From the IMG/VR virus record IMGVR_UViG_3300042557_000322, positions 1 through 27,676 of that record: a stretch of DNA of 27,676 nt; one strand, given 5' to 3'. The translations under genes were made by a program, and so were the position numbers. The DNA comes from a virus (taxonomy: Duplodnaviria > Caudoviricetes). The notes under the pieces were generated by a model. It made no database searches. It worked only from the letters and a program-made list of their open reading frames with translations, and was not told the origin of the DNA. Position 1 is the stretch's first letter. Every line of letters begins with the position of its first letter. Positions 26,302-27,676 of the stretch are shown here, piece by piece.

Positions 26302-26851
26302 TCTTAAGAAGTACGACTGGAATTTCATTACCAGTTTCGGCAATAGTCTAGAGCAACTGAACAACAAACAACTTAGATTCATGAAGGGGTTTGTTTGTGA
26401 AGAACTCATTGCTTCTCAGGATGGTACACTAGACTGTTTGCGTGAGGACCATAAAGATTTTTATTGGAATAAACATAAGATCACTATGGAACTTAAAAGT
26501 CAGTTGAGCCAAAGCATGTACAAACAAAATGGTTCACTGCGCAAAACTTTTATTGTTAAGTTTACCAATAGTAATGGTACTAACAACAAAGACACGTTGG
26601 ATCCTAGTTTGATATGTGACATTACTTTAGTATTGCGTAACGATGGTTCGTTCATTGTTAACCGTGACACTGTAGTAAAGAACTTAGTCAAGACCGGCGA
26701 TGGATTTGACCTTAAGTTAAAGTCTAGTGATATCACAGAAATATCTGGGTACGTCACAGACACGACTAAGTATGATGTAGACCTCGAAAGTGTCATGGTT
26801 AATTCCATACGTGAGGCCATCAATAAAGGTAAAGCATGTTCGACAAAATAA
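26282..26851 (+). CDS. Hypothetical protein, possible PD-(D/E)xK nuclease
   Basis: GFVCEELI...KDFY...MELKS pattern. Confidence 0.5.
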   Translation: MQQIINDLKKYDWNFITSFGNSLEQLNNKQLRFMKGFVCEELIASQDGTLDCLREDHKDFYWNKHKITMELKSQLSQSMYKQNGSLRKTFIVKFTNSNGTNNKDTLDPSLICDITLVLRNDGSFIVNRDTVVKNLVKTGDGFDLKLKSSDITEISGYVTDTTKYDVDLESVMVNSIREAINKGKACSTK

Positions 26852-27276
26852 AAAAAGTTTTTGGGTTAGAGGCGAAAAAAGAACAAGGACCAAGGTCTGA
26901 TCTTCCGAGCGAGGATCCTCCTAAACCAAAAAAAGAAAAGGCTGAAAAGAAACTCAGCCCTAAAGAACAGGCTACTAAAGATGGTGAGCCCTATATTGCT
27001 ATCAACAGGGTAGACATAGACCCTAATAATATCAACAATGGCGCTTTTGAATTGGATTGGAACGACAAGTTCCTTCTTAACCTGATTAAATCAGGATATA
27101 AGAAAAGCGAGACTGACACTGACAATGAGATCGTGGATCGCTGGTTCCAAACAGTCTGCCGTAACATCGCACTTGAGATGTACGAACAAGAGATAGCTGA
27201 TCCGGACAAGCGTAGAAATGACATGCGTGTTGTCAATCAGCGCGATTTGGGTAACGGGCGTACTGAAGTCAGTTGA
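26836..27276 (+). CDS. Hypothetical phage protein
   Basis: 146 aa with a low-complexity N-terminus and a FELDWN...GY...IVDRWF core. Confidence 0.75.
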   Translation: MFDKIKKVFGLEAKKEQGPRSDLPSEDPPKPKKEKAEKKLSPKEQATKDGEPYIAINRVDIDPNNINNGAFELDWNDKFLLNLIKSGYKKSETDTDNEIVDRWFQTVCRNIALEMYEQEIADPDKRRNDMRVVNQRDLGNGRTEVS

Positions 27277-27301
27277 CATATTCGCAAACACCTAGTATAA
27301 T
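27273..27301 (+). promoter_or_regulatory. Consensus sigma70 promoter overlapped by an 18-bp palindrome
   Basis: TTGACA(27273-78)-17 bp-TATAAT(27296-301); ATAATATACGTATATTAT at 27297-27314. Confidence 0.85.
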
Positions 27302-27334
27302 ATACGTATATTATTCTACTAAATAGGTGTACTT

Positions 27335-27676
27335 GTGAAATATGCTCTGATCGATACTGCTAATACGTTCTTCCGTGCCCGTCACATCGCAAGTCGCAAC
27401 AGCGATACTTGGGAAAAGATCGGCATGGCACTACACTTGACACTTGCTAGTGTAAATCAAGTTGTGCGTAAGTATGGCGTCGACCACGTCGTATTCTGTC
27501 TTGAAGGTAGATCGTGGCGCAAGGATGTATATGCACCTTACAAGGCACATCGTAAAGTTGCTGAAGCATCACTCACAGAAGCAGAGCAAGAAGAAAACAA
27601 GATGTTTTGGGAAACGTATGATATGTTCACTACGTTCCTTCGTGAGAAGACTAACGTTAGCGTACTCAGACATGAG
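27335..27676 (+). CDS. 5'-3' exonuclease / T4 RNase H-like flap nuclease (partial, runs off the window)
   Basis: GTG start after AGGTG; manual translation MKYALIDTANTFFRARH...VVFCLEGRSWRKDVYAPYKAHR, an N-terminal FEN/PIN-like motif set. Confidence 0.85.
   Translation, partial: MKYALIDTANTFFRARHIASRNSDTWEKIGMALHLTLASVNQVVRKYGVDHVVFCLEGRSWRKDVYAPYKAHRKVAEASLTEAEQEENKMFWETYDMFTTFLREKTNVSVLRHE

Noticed and set aside
1-27676. Stop-codon reassignment, tRNA genes, CRISPR arrays, IS elements
   Set aside because: Genes end properly at TAA, TGA and TAG with near-complete coding density, and no cloverleaf, repeat-spacer array or transposase was seen.

Overview
This window is a gene-dense, AT-rich segment of a large dsDNA phage with T4-like replication logic. 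Almost all genes are on the + strand and use the standard genetic code. It carries a replication module (family B DNA polymerase, probable sliding clamp, partial 5'-3' exonuclease/RNase H) and a dispersed 7-deazaguanine pathway: FolE, QueD, QueE, a divergent TGT/DpdA-like transglycosylase and a second QueD-like T-fold protein with an LxxxHRHxF motif (DpdL-like). No QueC or QueF is visible in the window. Interleaved are guanine-pool enzymes (GMP reductase, purine phosphoribosyltransferase), sugar and decoration enzymes (two glycosyltransferases, GalE, two cytidylyltransferases, a methyltransferase, a sulfotransferase, three SGNH-like proteins), repair or nuclease genes (UvsE, MBD4-like glycosylase, Smr-like), TilS, SufE and a histone-H1-like protein. 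The most notable non-coding signal is a compact preQ1-I-like H-type pseudoknot directly upstream of queD, a candidate phage riboswitch that may sense a different ligand. A second structured leader precedes folE. All calls come from motif recognition by eye; no database searches were run.
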